A stretch of 64,000 nucleotides of DNA from a virus. Positions 37,789 to 47,577 of this stretch are shown one piece after another. Both the position numbers and the translations under genes were made by a program. The notes beneath the pieces were generated by a model. It searched no databases, was not told the DNA's origin, and saw only the letters and a list, made by a program, of their open reading frames with translations. The first letter of the stretch is position 1. Every line of letters starts with the position of its first letter. The DNA is taken from positions 59,606-123,605 of IMG/VR virus record IMGVR_UViG_3300025000_000064; one strand, written 5' to 3'.

Positions 37789-39201
37789 ATGAATAAAGTA
37801 ATTGAAATCATAGAAAACTTAAAGAATTTATCTGGGAATTTGCAATTGGACTATTTGAAGTCTGTAAAAGATGAGCCAAATTTAAAAGAAGTGTTGCTAT
37901 ATACTTATGATTCAAATAGGCAATACAAAATAAAAGAAGACAAGTTTAACAAATGCTTAAACGGAAAAGCTTATTCTGTAACAAAAAGAGATTTGGTTTG
38001 GGAAGATTTTAAAAATATTTTGGATACATTGGACTCCTTGAAGGGTGTTAAGAATGATGATGTTGTCGATGTTTATAAATTCATCATGTCTTTGAATAAA
38101 AAATCAGAGCAAGAATTATGTCAAGGCATCTTGTTTAAGGATTTAAAAATTGGTCTTGGTGTATCTTCAATAAATAAAATTTGGGACAACTTAATAATTG
38201 ACTACCCTTATCTTGGAGCAAGTGGGTTAAATGATAAAAATAAATCAAAAATCAAATATCCTTGCCTTGCTCAAAACAAAGAAGATGGGTTGTTTTGCAA
38301 TGCTGTTATAGAATATATGACAAATAAGTGTGAATATATTTCAAGACAGGGTAAAAACTTATCAATAGGGAGCATATTAAATAATGAGTTGCTCCGCTTA
38401 TCAAGTAATTTTGAATATGACAAAATTGTATTTACTGGAGAGATAAGAACTTTAGCCTCAGAAGACGTATTCAATTATTTATTATCTAAAACTAAAGATA
38501 GTAAATTTATTAAAAATTTAAAAAATGAACAATCTCTTAATAAAAAATATCTTAAAAGGGAAATATCTAATGGTTTTATAAATGACGAAAAAAGACCAGA
38601 AGAACTAAATAAATATATTAAGTATATTGTATGGGACTATATTCCATGGAATCGTTTTGTTGAAAAAGAATTTAATAAAAAATGTGTTGATAGATTTGAA
38701 GATTTAACAAAAATATTAATCGACATTAAGTTATATTCTTTTATAACTGTTCCAGAATATAAAATATGTAACTCTTTTGAAGAAATAATGGATTATTTTG
38801 AAGAAGTTAGAAATAATAACGAAGAAGGGCTAGTTGTTAAAAATATTGATAGTATTTGGAAAGATACTAAATCATTAGCATTTAAAATAAAAGCCAAAGA
38901 AGATTGCGATTTAGAAATTATTGGATTTACAGAGGGCAAAGGGGCGTTAGAAAATGCTTGCGGAGCAGTGTATTGTAAGTCTTGCGATGATAAATTATTC
39001 GTAAATGTCAAACCTAGGACTCCAGATATATGTAAGTACGTTTGGGATAACCAAGAAGAATTTCTAAATAAAATATTGTGTGTTGAATATAATGAAAAAG
39101 TGATTGGTCAAGATAAACAAATATTTACGTTGCAACATCCGAGATGGATTGAGATAAGAGAAGACAAAATAGTTGCAGATAATTTAGAGAATATAAAATA
39201 A
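37789..39201 (+). CDS. ATP-dependent DNA ligase (T4 gp30-like)
   Basis: QNKEDG adenylation motif, FTGE, EGLVVK, KIK and HPRW...REDK. Confidence 0.92.
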   Translation: MNKVIEIIENLKNLSGNLQLDYLKSVKDEPNLKEVLLYTYDSNRQYKIKEDKFNKCLNGKAYSVTKRDLVWEDFKNILDTLDSLKGVKNDDVVDVYKFIMSLNKKSEQELCQGILFKDLKIGLGVSSINKIWDNLIIDYPYLGASGLNDKNKSKIKYPCLAQNKEDGLFCNAVIEYMTNKCEYISRQGKNLSIGSILNNELLRLSSNFEYDKIVFTGEIRTLASEDVFNYLLSKTKDSKFIKNLKNEQSLNKKYLKREISNGFINDEKRPEELNKYIKYIVWDYIPWNRFVEKEFNKKCVDRFEDLTKILIDIKLYSFITVPEYKICNSFEEIMDYFEEVRNNNEEGLVVKNIDSIWKDTKSLAFKIKAKEDCDLEIIGFTEGKGALENACGAVYCKSCDDKLFVNVKPRTPDICKYVWDNQEEFLNKILCVEYNEKVIGQDKQIFTLQHPRWIEIREDKIVADNLENIK

Positions 39202-39615
39202 TGATTAAATATTTTATAACTGGTTTTGTTTCGTTAGCTTTATTAATATTAATTGTAAAAACAACAATTGGTGCTATTCTGATTCCAATTGCAGTAATTA
39301 TTGGTTCAATTTGTATAGTTGGATATTATATACAAGAGACAATTATAAAGCCAATAATAGAAAAGTAGTTTACATTGCAGATAAGTTAGAGGATATAAAC
39401 AATAGATATGATAAATGAAAATACAAAATTAACTCCTGTATTTAGAATAGATGGAGAATCAGATATTGAGTTAAGAGATTTTTTATGATAAAGCTTATAT
39501 TGTCAAGAAATTTAGAAAAGGATGATTTTTTAAAAGTCCATGATTATGTTCTTAAATTAAGAAAAGACAGTGTTGCTTTAAACAATTTAAGCAAAGAATA
39601 TCCGAGTATGTTTTA

Positions 39616-39900
39616 ATGAATAAAAGAAAACCAGAATATGTAGAATTTCTTTCTATTATTAATGATGAGAATAAATTATTGAAAATATTAAATCCCATTG
39701 TTGGTTCGTCAAATAATCATCCTGCAATAAAATATAATACAAACTGGTTTTATTCTCATTCTAATCATCCTCTTTATTCATTAATTATTCAAAGATTATT
39801 GGACGAGGTTTATCAATATTGGTTATCTTTATCTGATAATACATCAATATCTTTTTGCAAATCAATAAAATATATTTTCAATAAACATGGAATCAAATAA
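39616..39900 (+). CDS. Hypothetical protein
   Basis: 94-aa ORF. Confidence 0.5.
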   Translation: MNKRKPEYVEFLSIINDENKLLKILNPIVGSSNNHPAIKYNTNWFYSHSNHPLYSLIIQRLLDEVYQYWLSLSDNTSISFCKSIKYIFNKHGIK

Positions 39901-39902
39901 CA

Positions 39903-39985
39903 AATTCTCAGCATAAATTACAGCTATTGTAGTTAGATAAAAACACACTAAATATGTTTTGGATACAAATACACCATGTTAAATT
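39903..39985 (+). repeat. 83-bp dispersed intergenic repeat, copy A
   Basis: 62/83 identity to copy B, ungapped. Confidence 0.85.
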
Positions 39986-40014
39986 TACAATCGTTATTTT
40001 ATAGTTAATTAGGC

Positions 40015-40557
40015 ATGATAATGGCAATAATAAAGAAAAACAAAAAAGAAGAGAGAAAGATAACATCTGGTCTCATAAAGAGTTGTTTATTTTCTCATTA
40101 TAGATATAAAAGGCAAATGCACCATCTATGTTCTGAAGTTGGCACATACAACGCAGATTTTCTTGTTGTTAACAAACTAGCATATATGTATGAGTTTGAA
40201 ATCAAAATATCAATGTCTGATTTGAGAAACGATAAAAAGAAAAGGAAGCACTTTAGATATATAAATATTAGTACATTAAAATACGGTTATCAGAAATATT
40301 TTATTCCTAACTATTTTTATTATGTTGTTCCAGAAGATATGTATGATAAAGCAGAGGAATATATATTGCAGAATTGCCCTCATTATGGTATCGTTATATT
40401 TAAATTAGGAAGAAGTATGTGTTTGGATTCATTGATAACAAAAAGACAGGCTTCTAAACTACATGATGAAAGATGTAATAAGAAGGCTTATGAAGCGATT
40501 ATAGCAAGAATGAGCAGTGAATTAGCAACATTGCATAATAAGTTATTAAGTAAATGA
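40015..40557 (+). CDS. MmcB-like PD-(D/E)XK family protein
   Basis: SEV...ADFL...YEFEIKISMSDLRND...YFYYVVP. Confidence 0.65.
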   Translation: MIMAIIKKNKKEERKITSGLIKSCLFSHYRYKRQMHHLCSEVGTYNADFLVVNKLAYMYEFEIKISMSDLRNDKKKRKHFRYINISTLKYGYQKYFIPNYFYYVVPEDMYDKAEEYILQNCPHYGIVIFKLGRSMCLDSLITKRQASKLHDERCNKKAYEAIIARMSSELATLHNKLLSK

Positions 40558-40745
40558 TATATGTATTAGAATATAGCTATAACTACAAAGGCAAAGCTAA
40601 GATATGGCTTTATAAACAATTATTTTATGATGAAATAACAATGTTCGCACATTACGATAGGGCTGTAGAAAGATATAGCATGTATGACAATTTTAAGATA
40701 AAGAAAAGAGAATATAATGAAGATAACCAAAGAGGAAATGAATGA
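40554..40745 (+). CDS. Small hypothetical protein
   Basis: Coupled to the upstream stop. Confidence 0.5.
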   Translation: MIYVLEYSYNYKGKAKIWLYKQLFYDEITMFAHYDRAVERYSMYDNFKIKKREYNEDNQRGNE

Positions 40746-40899
40746 TAAGATTATATCATTAGAAGCAAGAATTATAAACCTAGAAAGAATAGTGAACAAT
40801 TTAGACAACAGAACATTTAGCCAGATAACGCTTGGTCCTTTGCCAGATTTGGATAGATATAAGATATTTGGTGTTGATAAAATTAAGGAAATACAATGA
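40717..40899 (+). CDS. Small coiled-coil protein
   Basis: Overlaps both neighbours. Confidence 0.5.
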   Translation: MKITKEEMNDKIISLEARIINLERIVNNLDNRTFSQITLGPLPDLDRYKIFGVDKIKEIQ

Positions 40900-41975
40900 T
40901 AAAAAAGGACATACTTATCGTCACAGATATTTTATTCTGGAAGATGATGCGTGGCAATAACAACAGAATATCGTCATATTGTAATTATTTATCATTGGAA
41001 AACAATGTCGATATATTCATGTTAAATAATGATGAAAAAGATTATTCATTAAAGAACTGTTATTATTATGATGACTTTTTAAGTGACGATTGCGAGAATA
41101 TAAAAGAAGAACATGTTAGTGCCTTAAATAGTTTTATAAAAAAGAAATTATATGCAGATAAAAAATACGAAATTGTTATTTTCCCTTATATTTGGAGTGA
41201 CTATTTAGCTAAAGACAAGCATGACTTATATGAATATAAAACAATAGTGGACACAAACGATTGCTTATCCAAAAGGTCTGAATCGTTTAGAGAATATGGT
41301 GTAAATTATAGAAGACCATATACACTAGAGGAGGAAAAAGAAAGTTTAAAAGGCTTTGATTATATCATGGCTATTTGCGATGAAGAAAAATTACTATTTG
41401 AAGAAATGGGGTTTAGTAATGTTTTTACCTCTAAATATTTTTACGAGAAACCAAATGACAATTTAAATAAATTAGGATTTATAGCCTCAAATAATTTGTC
41501 ATCTTTTGAATCAATTAAATGGTTTTACAAGAATGTATTTAAGAATAAACTAGATAGCAACTATTATTTATACATATGTGGTGATTTATCTAAAGCCCCA
41601 GAAACCAGAAGGATGTTTCTTGGTAAAAAAAATATTGTTTTATATGCTCCAATATTTAATATTAGTGATTTTTATAGAATGGTTGATATTGCCATAAACC
41701 CTTGCATGTTCGGTTCGGGTTTGAAGATAAAGAATATCGAAGCAATATCTTTTGAGAAGCCAATAATTAGCAACAAACAAGGGTTGCAAGGCATGATAGA
41801 AGAAAAGAAATATGGTATCATAGAGGAAGCCAATACTGTTGGAGAGTGGTTAGGGAAGATAAAATATTTATCTAATAAAATAAATTATGGTATTGCTATA
41901 TACAAAATACAGGGATATAATCATAAAAATTCTGCTGATAAAATTTATAGAGAGTTAAATAATGTTATTGGATAA
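40896..41975 (+). CDS. GT-B (GT4-like) glycosyltransferase
   Basis: GNNNRI and DIAINPCMFGSGLKIKNIEAI...PIIS. Confidence 0.85.
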   Translation: MIKKDILIVTDILFWKMMRGNNNRISSYCNYLSLENNVDIFMLNNDEKDYSLKNCYYYDDFLSDDCENIKEEHVSALNSFIKKKLYADKKYEIVIFPYIWSDYLAKDKHDLYEYKTIVDTNDCLSKRSESFREYGVNYRRPYTLEEEKESLKGFDYIMAICDEEKLLFEEMGFSNVFTSKYFYEKPNDNLNKLGFIASNNLSSFESIKWFYKNVFKNKLDSNYYLYICGDLSKAPETRRMFLGKKNIVLYAPIFNISDFYRMVDIAINPCMFGSGLKIKNIEAISFEKPIISNKQGLQGMIEEKKYGIIEEANTVGEWLGKIKYLSNKINYGIAIYKIQGYNHKNSADKIYRELNNVIG

Positions 41976-42690
41976 AAACTTAACCATAGACAATACTGGG
42001 ATAATTTTTGGGTGTGGTGCATCTATAGAGTCAATAAAAGAATATATTCCACTTATCCAAAAAAAATGGCAATGTGGTTACCTTAACCGTTTTCCAGAAT
42101 TTTATCCAACGCAGAATAAAGGGCAGGATTATTGGTTATGGGCTGATTATCGCTTTTACAGCGATAATCTTTGTGACAGAAGCCATTTAATGAAAGAAGA
42201 ATACTTAGAAAAATCTTTACAAATAAAAGACAAAAGAGAATTTTTAAAAGACTATAAAATAATAACAACTCCAGAAATAAATAATAGGGAAATAAACAAA
42301 GAATATATCAAGGTTACAAATGGAGAAGAAATACACCTAGAGGGATATATTAAACCCCATTATTTGTTTAATGCAGTTGTGGATGATATACAGTTAGAAA
42401 TGAATAATAAATTAATGATGTACAAAACAAGTTTGCACGCTGCTATTAATTTTGCAATAATAAAAAAATATAAAAATGTAATATTAATTGGTGTTGATTT
42501 AGACAAAAAATGGAGGCACTTTTATGATAACATAATAGACCCTTCCATCTTAAAAAACCATAAAGATGGGAAAAGATATGACATCATGATTGATAAATTA
42601 TATCAATGTAAAGACTATATCAATATATATAAAATTAATAAATTAAATAATCTTAGTTTTGAATATTTGAATATTAGTATATTATTATGA
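41962..42690 (+). CDS. DUF115/Maf-like (GT42-related fold) glycosylation protein
   Basis: IIFGCGASI, LNR, SLHAAINFA and NVILIGVDL...HFY. Confidence 0.6.
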   Translation: MLLDKNLTIDNTGIIFGCGASIESIKEYIPLIQKKWQCGYLNRFPEFYPTQNKGQDYWLWADYRFYSDNLCDRSHLMKEEYLEKSLQIKDKREFLKDYKIITTPEINNREINKEYIKVTNGEEIHLEGYIKPHYLFNAVVDDIQLEMNNKLMMYKTSLHAAINFAIIKKYKNVILIGVDLDKKWRHFYDNIIDPSILKNHKDGKRYDIMIDKLYQCKDYINIYKINKLNNLSFEYLNISILL

Positions 42691-42712
42691 TAAATAGGGT
42701 AGAAACATATGA

Positions 42713-42799
42713 TTAAATGAAATAAAACATAAGATAACGTTGCACTCAGCAATTTATTTAGCTGTTGTGCAACGATTTACTAACGTAATATTGATGGGG
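42713..42799 (+). pseudogene. 5' remnant of a second DUF115/Maf-like copy
   Basis: Reads LNEIKHKITLHSAIYLAVVQRFTNVILMG, compared with TSLHAAINFAIIKKYKNVILIG in the intact gene; no in-frame start. Confidence 0.6.
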
Positions 42800-42865
42800 T
42801 GGATTTAAAAACCTTTCAAAGAGATATGTCGTATTAATAAAAATGAAAGAATAAAGTAAAGAATA

Positions 42866-44014
42866 ATGAAAATACATAGAAGTAGCAAATGTTATTTTAA
42901 TAAATGGCTAACTACCAAGAAAAAACAAGAATTAAAAGAAATTTTGGTTGAACACTCTCGTATTGTTAATTATTTTATTCGAAAATATGAAAACGACATT
43001 CCGCAGAAAAAGAAAAATGAATTACTTTTAGCTAATTATATACAAGAATGTATTTCTGATACAAAAACATTCTTTACTGCCAGAATGGTTAAAAACTGTT
43101 TTAGTGAAGGCTATGGAATGATACAGTCTTCTAAATCACTATCAACTTCTATGGGTAAAAAATATGTTTCTCCTAAGCATTATGGGAAAAGGATGATTCT
43201 TTCTGAAACTATTGCCACACACGATATAGCTAGGCAGACTAAGTTATTTGATTTCAATTTAACTTTAGGTTGCGTAAGAACCGATAGGAAGAAACATAAA
43301 ATTTCAATACCTTTAAAAAGACACATACAATTTAATAAATGGAGTATTCTCGGAAAATTATCTAAATCAGTAGTTATTACAGACAAATATGTAATATTCT
43401 TTTTTAAAGTAGAGACTGGCAAGAAGAAAACGGAAGGTGAGTTGGTAGGGTTCGATTTTGGCTTAAAGAGATTAGGTACTCTCTCTAATGGAGACGTTAT
43501 TGGAAAAAATATTAATAAATTATTGTTGGAATTAAACATAAAGAAAAGATGTAGTAAGGCGTATTACAGAAAGAAGGAAGAAATAAGGGAGTATATCAAC
43601 AAAGAAATTAAAGATATAAATTTCAACGATAAACAACTGATAGTTGTTGAAAAATTAAAGAATATGAAATATAAGATGAAAGAGAGAGGGCGACTCTCTA
43701 AAAGTATTCGCTCTGTTTTCTATAACTTAAGTTATAGGCAAGTTCTACAGAGAATACAAATGTTGTGTGAAGAGAACCGTGTCTCTTTTCGTTCAATTTC
43801 TCCATTCTGGACTTCCTGCGAGTGCTTAAGTTGCGGACACATAGAAAAGAAGAATCGTTTATCACAGGAATCTTTTGTTTGTCTGAAGTGTGGTCATTCA
43901 GATAATGCAGATTCAAATGCGAGCAAAGTAATACTGAAACGGTTCATCACAGGAAAGTACGGTTTCTGTTACCAACAAGATAATTTAAAGGAATATTATA
44001 TTTCTGCAAATTAA
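42866..44014 (+). mobile_element. tnpB: IS200/IS605-family TnpB RNA-guided nuclease, no TnpA
   Basis: RuvC triad VGFDFG / IVVEKL / DNADSNA and zinc finger CLSCG...CLKCG. Confidence 0.9.
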
Positions 44015-44022
44015 AATGAACG

Positions 44023-44220
44023 GTAGATTTGAATAAGGAGTGGAATCATTTTTATGATAATATTCCAGAGGGAATAGTTTTAAAAGAACACAAAACTGGA
44101 AAAAGATACGATATAATGATTGATAAATTATATAAATTTAAAAAACACATTAATATATACAAGGTTTGTGATAATTTTTTAGATTTTGAATTGATTGATA
44201 TTAATCTATTAATATCTTAG
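44023..44220 (+). pseudogene. 3' remnant of the second DUF115/Maf-like copy
   Basis: VDLNKEWNHFYDNI...HKTGKRYDIMIDKLY, compared with VDLDKKWRHFYDNI...HKDGKRYDIMIDKLY. Confidence 0.8.
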
Positions 44221-44595
44221 AATGCAAGTTGAGTTTTTTAATTTGCCTTTAAAATAATCAATGCAAAACTTTTCAGCATCGCTTTCGTTAAAATCTTTGC
44301 AAGAGAATATATTTAAAGACATCTTTCGGTCAACCTCAAAAGAATGGGCTGTTATATTGGACGTTAATATGAACTGGACTGCACTCCAACCTTTTAAATG
44401 ATTGAACTCCTCTTCGCTCTTATTTGCGTCCTGTGAATATTCCCAATAGAAAAGCTCTGTTCTTTGCATGTCTATCTCTTTGCACATTTCTATAAAGAAA
44501 TTATCCAGAGATTCTTTTGTTAATGTTTCTTCACTGCAATCATGAATATCTAATATTAATTCTTTGCCCATTGCACCATTTGGTAATTTGTTCAT
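44209..44595 (-). CDS. Pyruvoyl-dependent AdoMet decarboxylase-like proenzyme
   Basis: GKELILDIHDC, GWSAVQFILTSNITAH and LNIFSCK fit the prokaryotic SpeD/SpeH fold. Confidence 0.7.
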   Translation of the reverse strand: MNKLPNGAMGKELILDIHDCSEETLTKESLDNFFIEMCKEIDMQRTELFYWEYSQDANKSEEEFNHLKGWSAVQFILTSNITAHSFEVDRKMSLNIFSCKDFNESDAEKFCIDYFKGKLKNSTCILRY

Positions 44596-44612
44596 ATTAT
44601 TGACCTCTATAT

Positions 44613-45074
44613 CTATGCCGAAAATATTTCTAGTTTATTGTCTACTGTTCTAAATGAGTCAACATGAACCCATGTTTTAGCAGATTTTTTATCTTCTATT
44701 CTTCTGAATAATTTTAATTTATTATTAATTATTAAATTCTCAACATGTTTTCTCAAGCCTTCAATGTTTCCATTTATGGGCTTTAAATCAAAACCTTTTG
44801 CTAAAACATGAGCAGAGACATAGGGTGTTTTTTTAGATTTTACTAAACTGTCAATATTGCATCTCAATCCAGATTCACGATATTGACCTCTATTGTGCCA
44901 GTCGTTTATTTTTATTCCACTATTCCATGTTTCTCTGATTATGTCTAATTCTTTCAATATTGATTCATCAAAAAAAGACCATATGAAATTTTCTCCATAC
45001 TTGGGAAAGTAATAATTATAAACTTTGTCGCTGACGAGTTCTTTTATGTTGAAATATTTACATTTATATATCAT
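44613..45074 (-). CDS. Peptidase M15-family endolysin candidate
   Basis: SGLRC, SAHV....FD and WVHVD zinc-binding motifs. Confidence 0.8.
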   Translation of the reverse strand: MIYKCKYFNIKELVSDKVYNYYFPKYGENFIWSFFDESILKELDIIRETWNSGIKINDWHNRGQYRESGLRCNIDSLVKSKKTPYVSAHVLAKGFDLKPINGNIEGLRKHVENLIINNKLKLFRRIEDKKSAKTWVHVDSFRTVDNKLEIFSA

Positions 45075-45883
45075 TATCCTGAGTACCTCATGTTGGTTTC
45101 CTGCCATGAAACTGAATTAGGTCTATAAACATTACTTGCGTTGTAGTTAGTAGCATCAACAGCCACGCTATTTAAAGGTGCTGAGTCTATAGCACTTGAC
45201 AAAATGCCGTAAGTGTTATTTTCGCCATCTAATAGTAATCCAGAAGATGTTCCTGTGTTAGCATTAGTATAGAAATTAGTAGTATTTGTTCCTGAAAAAT
45301 ATTTATTAAGACCCTTTATCCCACTAGCATATGGGTTAAAATTAGCAATGGTAGTAACAGCATTGCTATACACAATGTTGGCTAATAATTTATTACTATC
45401 ATTAACAGGTTTAAATTTGGTTGGTACAATGCCTAAACAATGTCTATTTAATTGCATATCTAAAGCGGATTCAGTACACCATAAATAAATTTCTAAAACA
45501 TCGCCTACAGTAGGTTTGTTTGCTCCACTTAAACTACAGAAATTAAGATTAGCTTTATTATTAGCTGCTACAGATTGAGAGCCGTTCCCAATGCTTGTGC
45601 TATTTCGTTTTACTCGCCAATTTAAAGTTCTCGCGGAGCTTCCATTCCCATTAAGACATCCTGCAAGTAAAAAACCTACATAGTCTATACTTTTAGGTAA
45701 ATCTCCAGTTAGCGTTGGATAATGCCCCAATTCTACTGTGTAAGAAATTTGCGGACTTCCAACAGGCTCAACATCAGGAAGCGTTGCAGGACTTCCAATT
45801 AATGTCGTTGAATAATTGTAAGTAAGAGTACAAGTTTTTTGCGGGTAAATTTTAAGCTTGCTATTGATATTATTAAAAATCAT
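45074..45883 (-). CDS. Probable virion or tail-associated beta-rich protein
   Basis: T/S/G/N-rich; located in the late operon. Confidence 0.45.
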   Translation of the reverse strand: MIFNNINSKLKIYPQKTCTLTYNYSTTLIGSPATLPDVEPVGSPQISYTVELGHYPTLTGDLPKSIDYVGFLLAGCLNGNGSSARTLNWRVKRNSTSIGNGSQSVAANNKANLNFCSLSGANKPTVGDVLEIYLWCTESALDMQLNRHCLGIVPTKFKPVNDSNKLLANIVYSNAVTTIANFNPYASGIKGLNKYFSGTNTTNFYTNANTGTSSGLLLDGENNTYGILSSAIDSAPLNSVAVDATNYNASNVYRPNSVSWQETNMRYSG

Positions 45884-46644
45884 AGTAAATAACCCTCAAT
45901 TTTGATATAAATATCTTCGTTTGCTATCGGCACATAGGCATTGTTAGCTATAACTGCTATCCAGACAGTGTTATTTGCACCTACTGTTAATTGGTCTGCT
46001 ATTCCTGTTTGTTTATACCCATAAAAACCTGTAGAAATATTCTGAACTGTTGTTTGTATAGGTTCTATAAGACTAGAAAATACAGCTTTACCTTTGTCTA
46101 ATCCTAATATTGATGCGCCTAGCGGTTTAAATATTGCATGGTCGCCCACTCCTCCACCAGAAATCATATCTGAATTTGTTAAATTAAAGTTAAAAATTTG
46201 TACTATAGCAGACAAAAGGGGGCTTGCTGCTCCGTTGGAACTTTCTAGCATAACTTTTGAAAATTGAATAATATCACCCGTAACTACTCCATACGATGTT
46301 AAATCTAATGGAATTAGCGTATTTGCATCAGTAGCGGTGTTGATAATATCTCCTATCGTGTATGCACCAGGTGTATCGTTTGGACGCGTTATTTTTACTT
46401 TCGCTACTAAACTTTTTTTACCTAGCCTTGTTAATAGACCTTTAATATTAGCAAGCAAACTTGATGTTTCGCTTGTACTATCTGTGTTTGCTGGGTCGGC
46501 TGATGTGCCGAGAGCATCCTGTATTAATCCTAAGTCACTCCCCATTGAAGAACTTAAACTATTTTTTATTGCTTCTATATCAGCAGAATTATCTATCCCT
46601 GCACTGCTTGCATTTTTCATATTATCAAAATTTATTCCACCCAT
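45880..46644 (-). CDS. Probable virion protein
   Basis: RPNDTPGAYTIGD motif; located in the late operon. Confidence 0.45.
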   Translation of the reverse strand: MGGINFDNMKNASSAGIDNSADIEAIKNSLSSSMGSDLGLIQDALGTSADPANTDSTSETSSLLANIKGLLTRLGKKSLVAKVKITRPNDTPGAYTIGDIINTATDANTLIPLDLTSYGVVTGDIIQFSKVMLESSNGAASPLLSAIVQIFNFNLTNSDMISGGGVGDHAIFKPLGASILGLDKGKAVFSSLIEPIQTTVQNISTGFYGYKQTGIADQLTVGANNTVWIAVIANNAYVPIANEDIYIKIEGYLL

Positions 46645-46654
46645 TTTATGCTCC

Positions 46655-46996
46655 TTATTTATTTGTTAGTATTTTTGTTATATTCTCATTTATTGATTTT
46701 ATTTCTACATAAAATTTATCTGTCATGTTATCTATTTTTTTATCTAATTTGTCCATATAATGTTCTAATCTGTCATATACATTAGATATTAATTCATCTT
46801 TGTTGCAACATTTTTGATGTTCCATCAAATCTATTTTTTTAGCATAATCTTCTTTCAAATCAGTTTTAAGATTATCTATTCTTCTATTAAGATAATACAC
46901 AATCATTCCTGCTATTATTATTAAGCTTAATATAAATATGGACGCTGCCAATGGTAAACCACTTGTCGATAAAATCGAAAATAATGTTTCTGTCAT
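46655..46996 (-). CDS. Holin-like membrane protein
   Basis: One N-terminal TM segment followed by a charged coiled coil; close to the endolysin. Confidence 0.45.
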   Translation of the reverse strand: MTETLFSILSTSGLPLAASIFILSLIIIAGMIVYYLNRRIDNLKTDLKEDYAKKIDLMEHQKCCNKDELISNVYDRLEHYMDKLDKKIDNMTDKFYVEIKSINENITKILTNK

Positions 46997-47030
46997 TGTT
47001 CTTTCCTTAAAATGAATGCCAAGCCATGTT

Positions 47031-47567
47031 TTATAATATAAATACTTTTCCAAACTCTTTATTTTTAAACATATCCAATAAATTGTCTGGACTTATTTTA
47101 GAGGGTATAATATCTTTTAGTATATTTGTGACGATAAAGCACTCTGTTGCAAATTCACTGCAAAAATATTTTTTTGTATCTTTTTTAAATTTTATAAAGG
47201 TAAAGAATTGTGATAAAGTTATTGTTAGCAATTGAGGGAAATCGTATTCTTTATTTTTTGATTGCTTTATTAATTCATCAAACCTGTATTCGTTTTTTTT
47301 AAATATCTCTCTGTTTGTTTTTGATAATTTTCCAACAAATATATGATTATTTTTATCTTTTATAACATCTTTTATGTTTCTTTCTTTATATCGTGGATTG
47401 ACAAATTCTCCCATTATCTCATCCGTTATCATTATTCCAACATGTGAAGTTTGCCCATTCGTTCCCCATTCAATCAACCAGCTTATTATGTTGTTGTTAC
47501 TAAAGAATACAACATCTCCTTTTTCAAACTTCATTATATTTATCCCTAAATTCATATTTAAAGCCAT
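47031..47567 (-). CDS. Permuted papain-like NlpC/P60 (YiiX/YebB-like) amidase
   Basis: GDVVFF, SHVGI preceding YDF and FCSE. Confidence 0.8.
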   Translation of the reverse strand: MALNMNLGINIMKFEKGDVVFFSNNNIISWLIEWGTNGQTSHVGIMITDEIMGEFVNPRYKERNIKDVIKDKNNHIFVGKLSKTNREIFKKNEYRFDELIKQSKNKEYDFPQLLTITLSQFFTFIKFKKDTKKYFCSEFATECFIVTNILKDIIPSKISPDNLLDMFKNKEFGKVFIL

Positions 47568-47577
47568 ATTAAACCTC

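Noticed and set aside
42800-44022. Cas12f with a CRISPR array, or an IStron
   Set aside because: There is no repeat-spacer array nearby, and only about 65 nt precede tnpB, too little for a group I intron.
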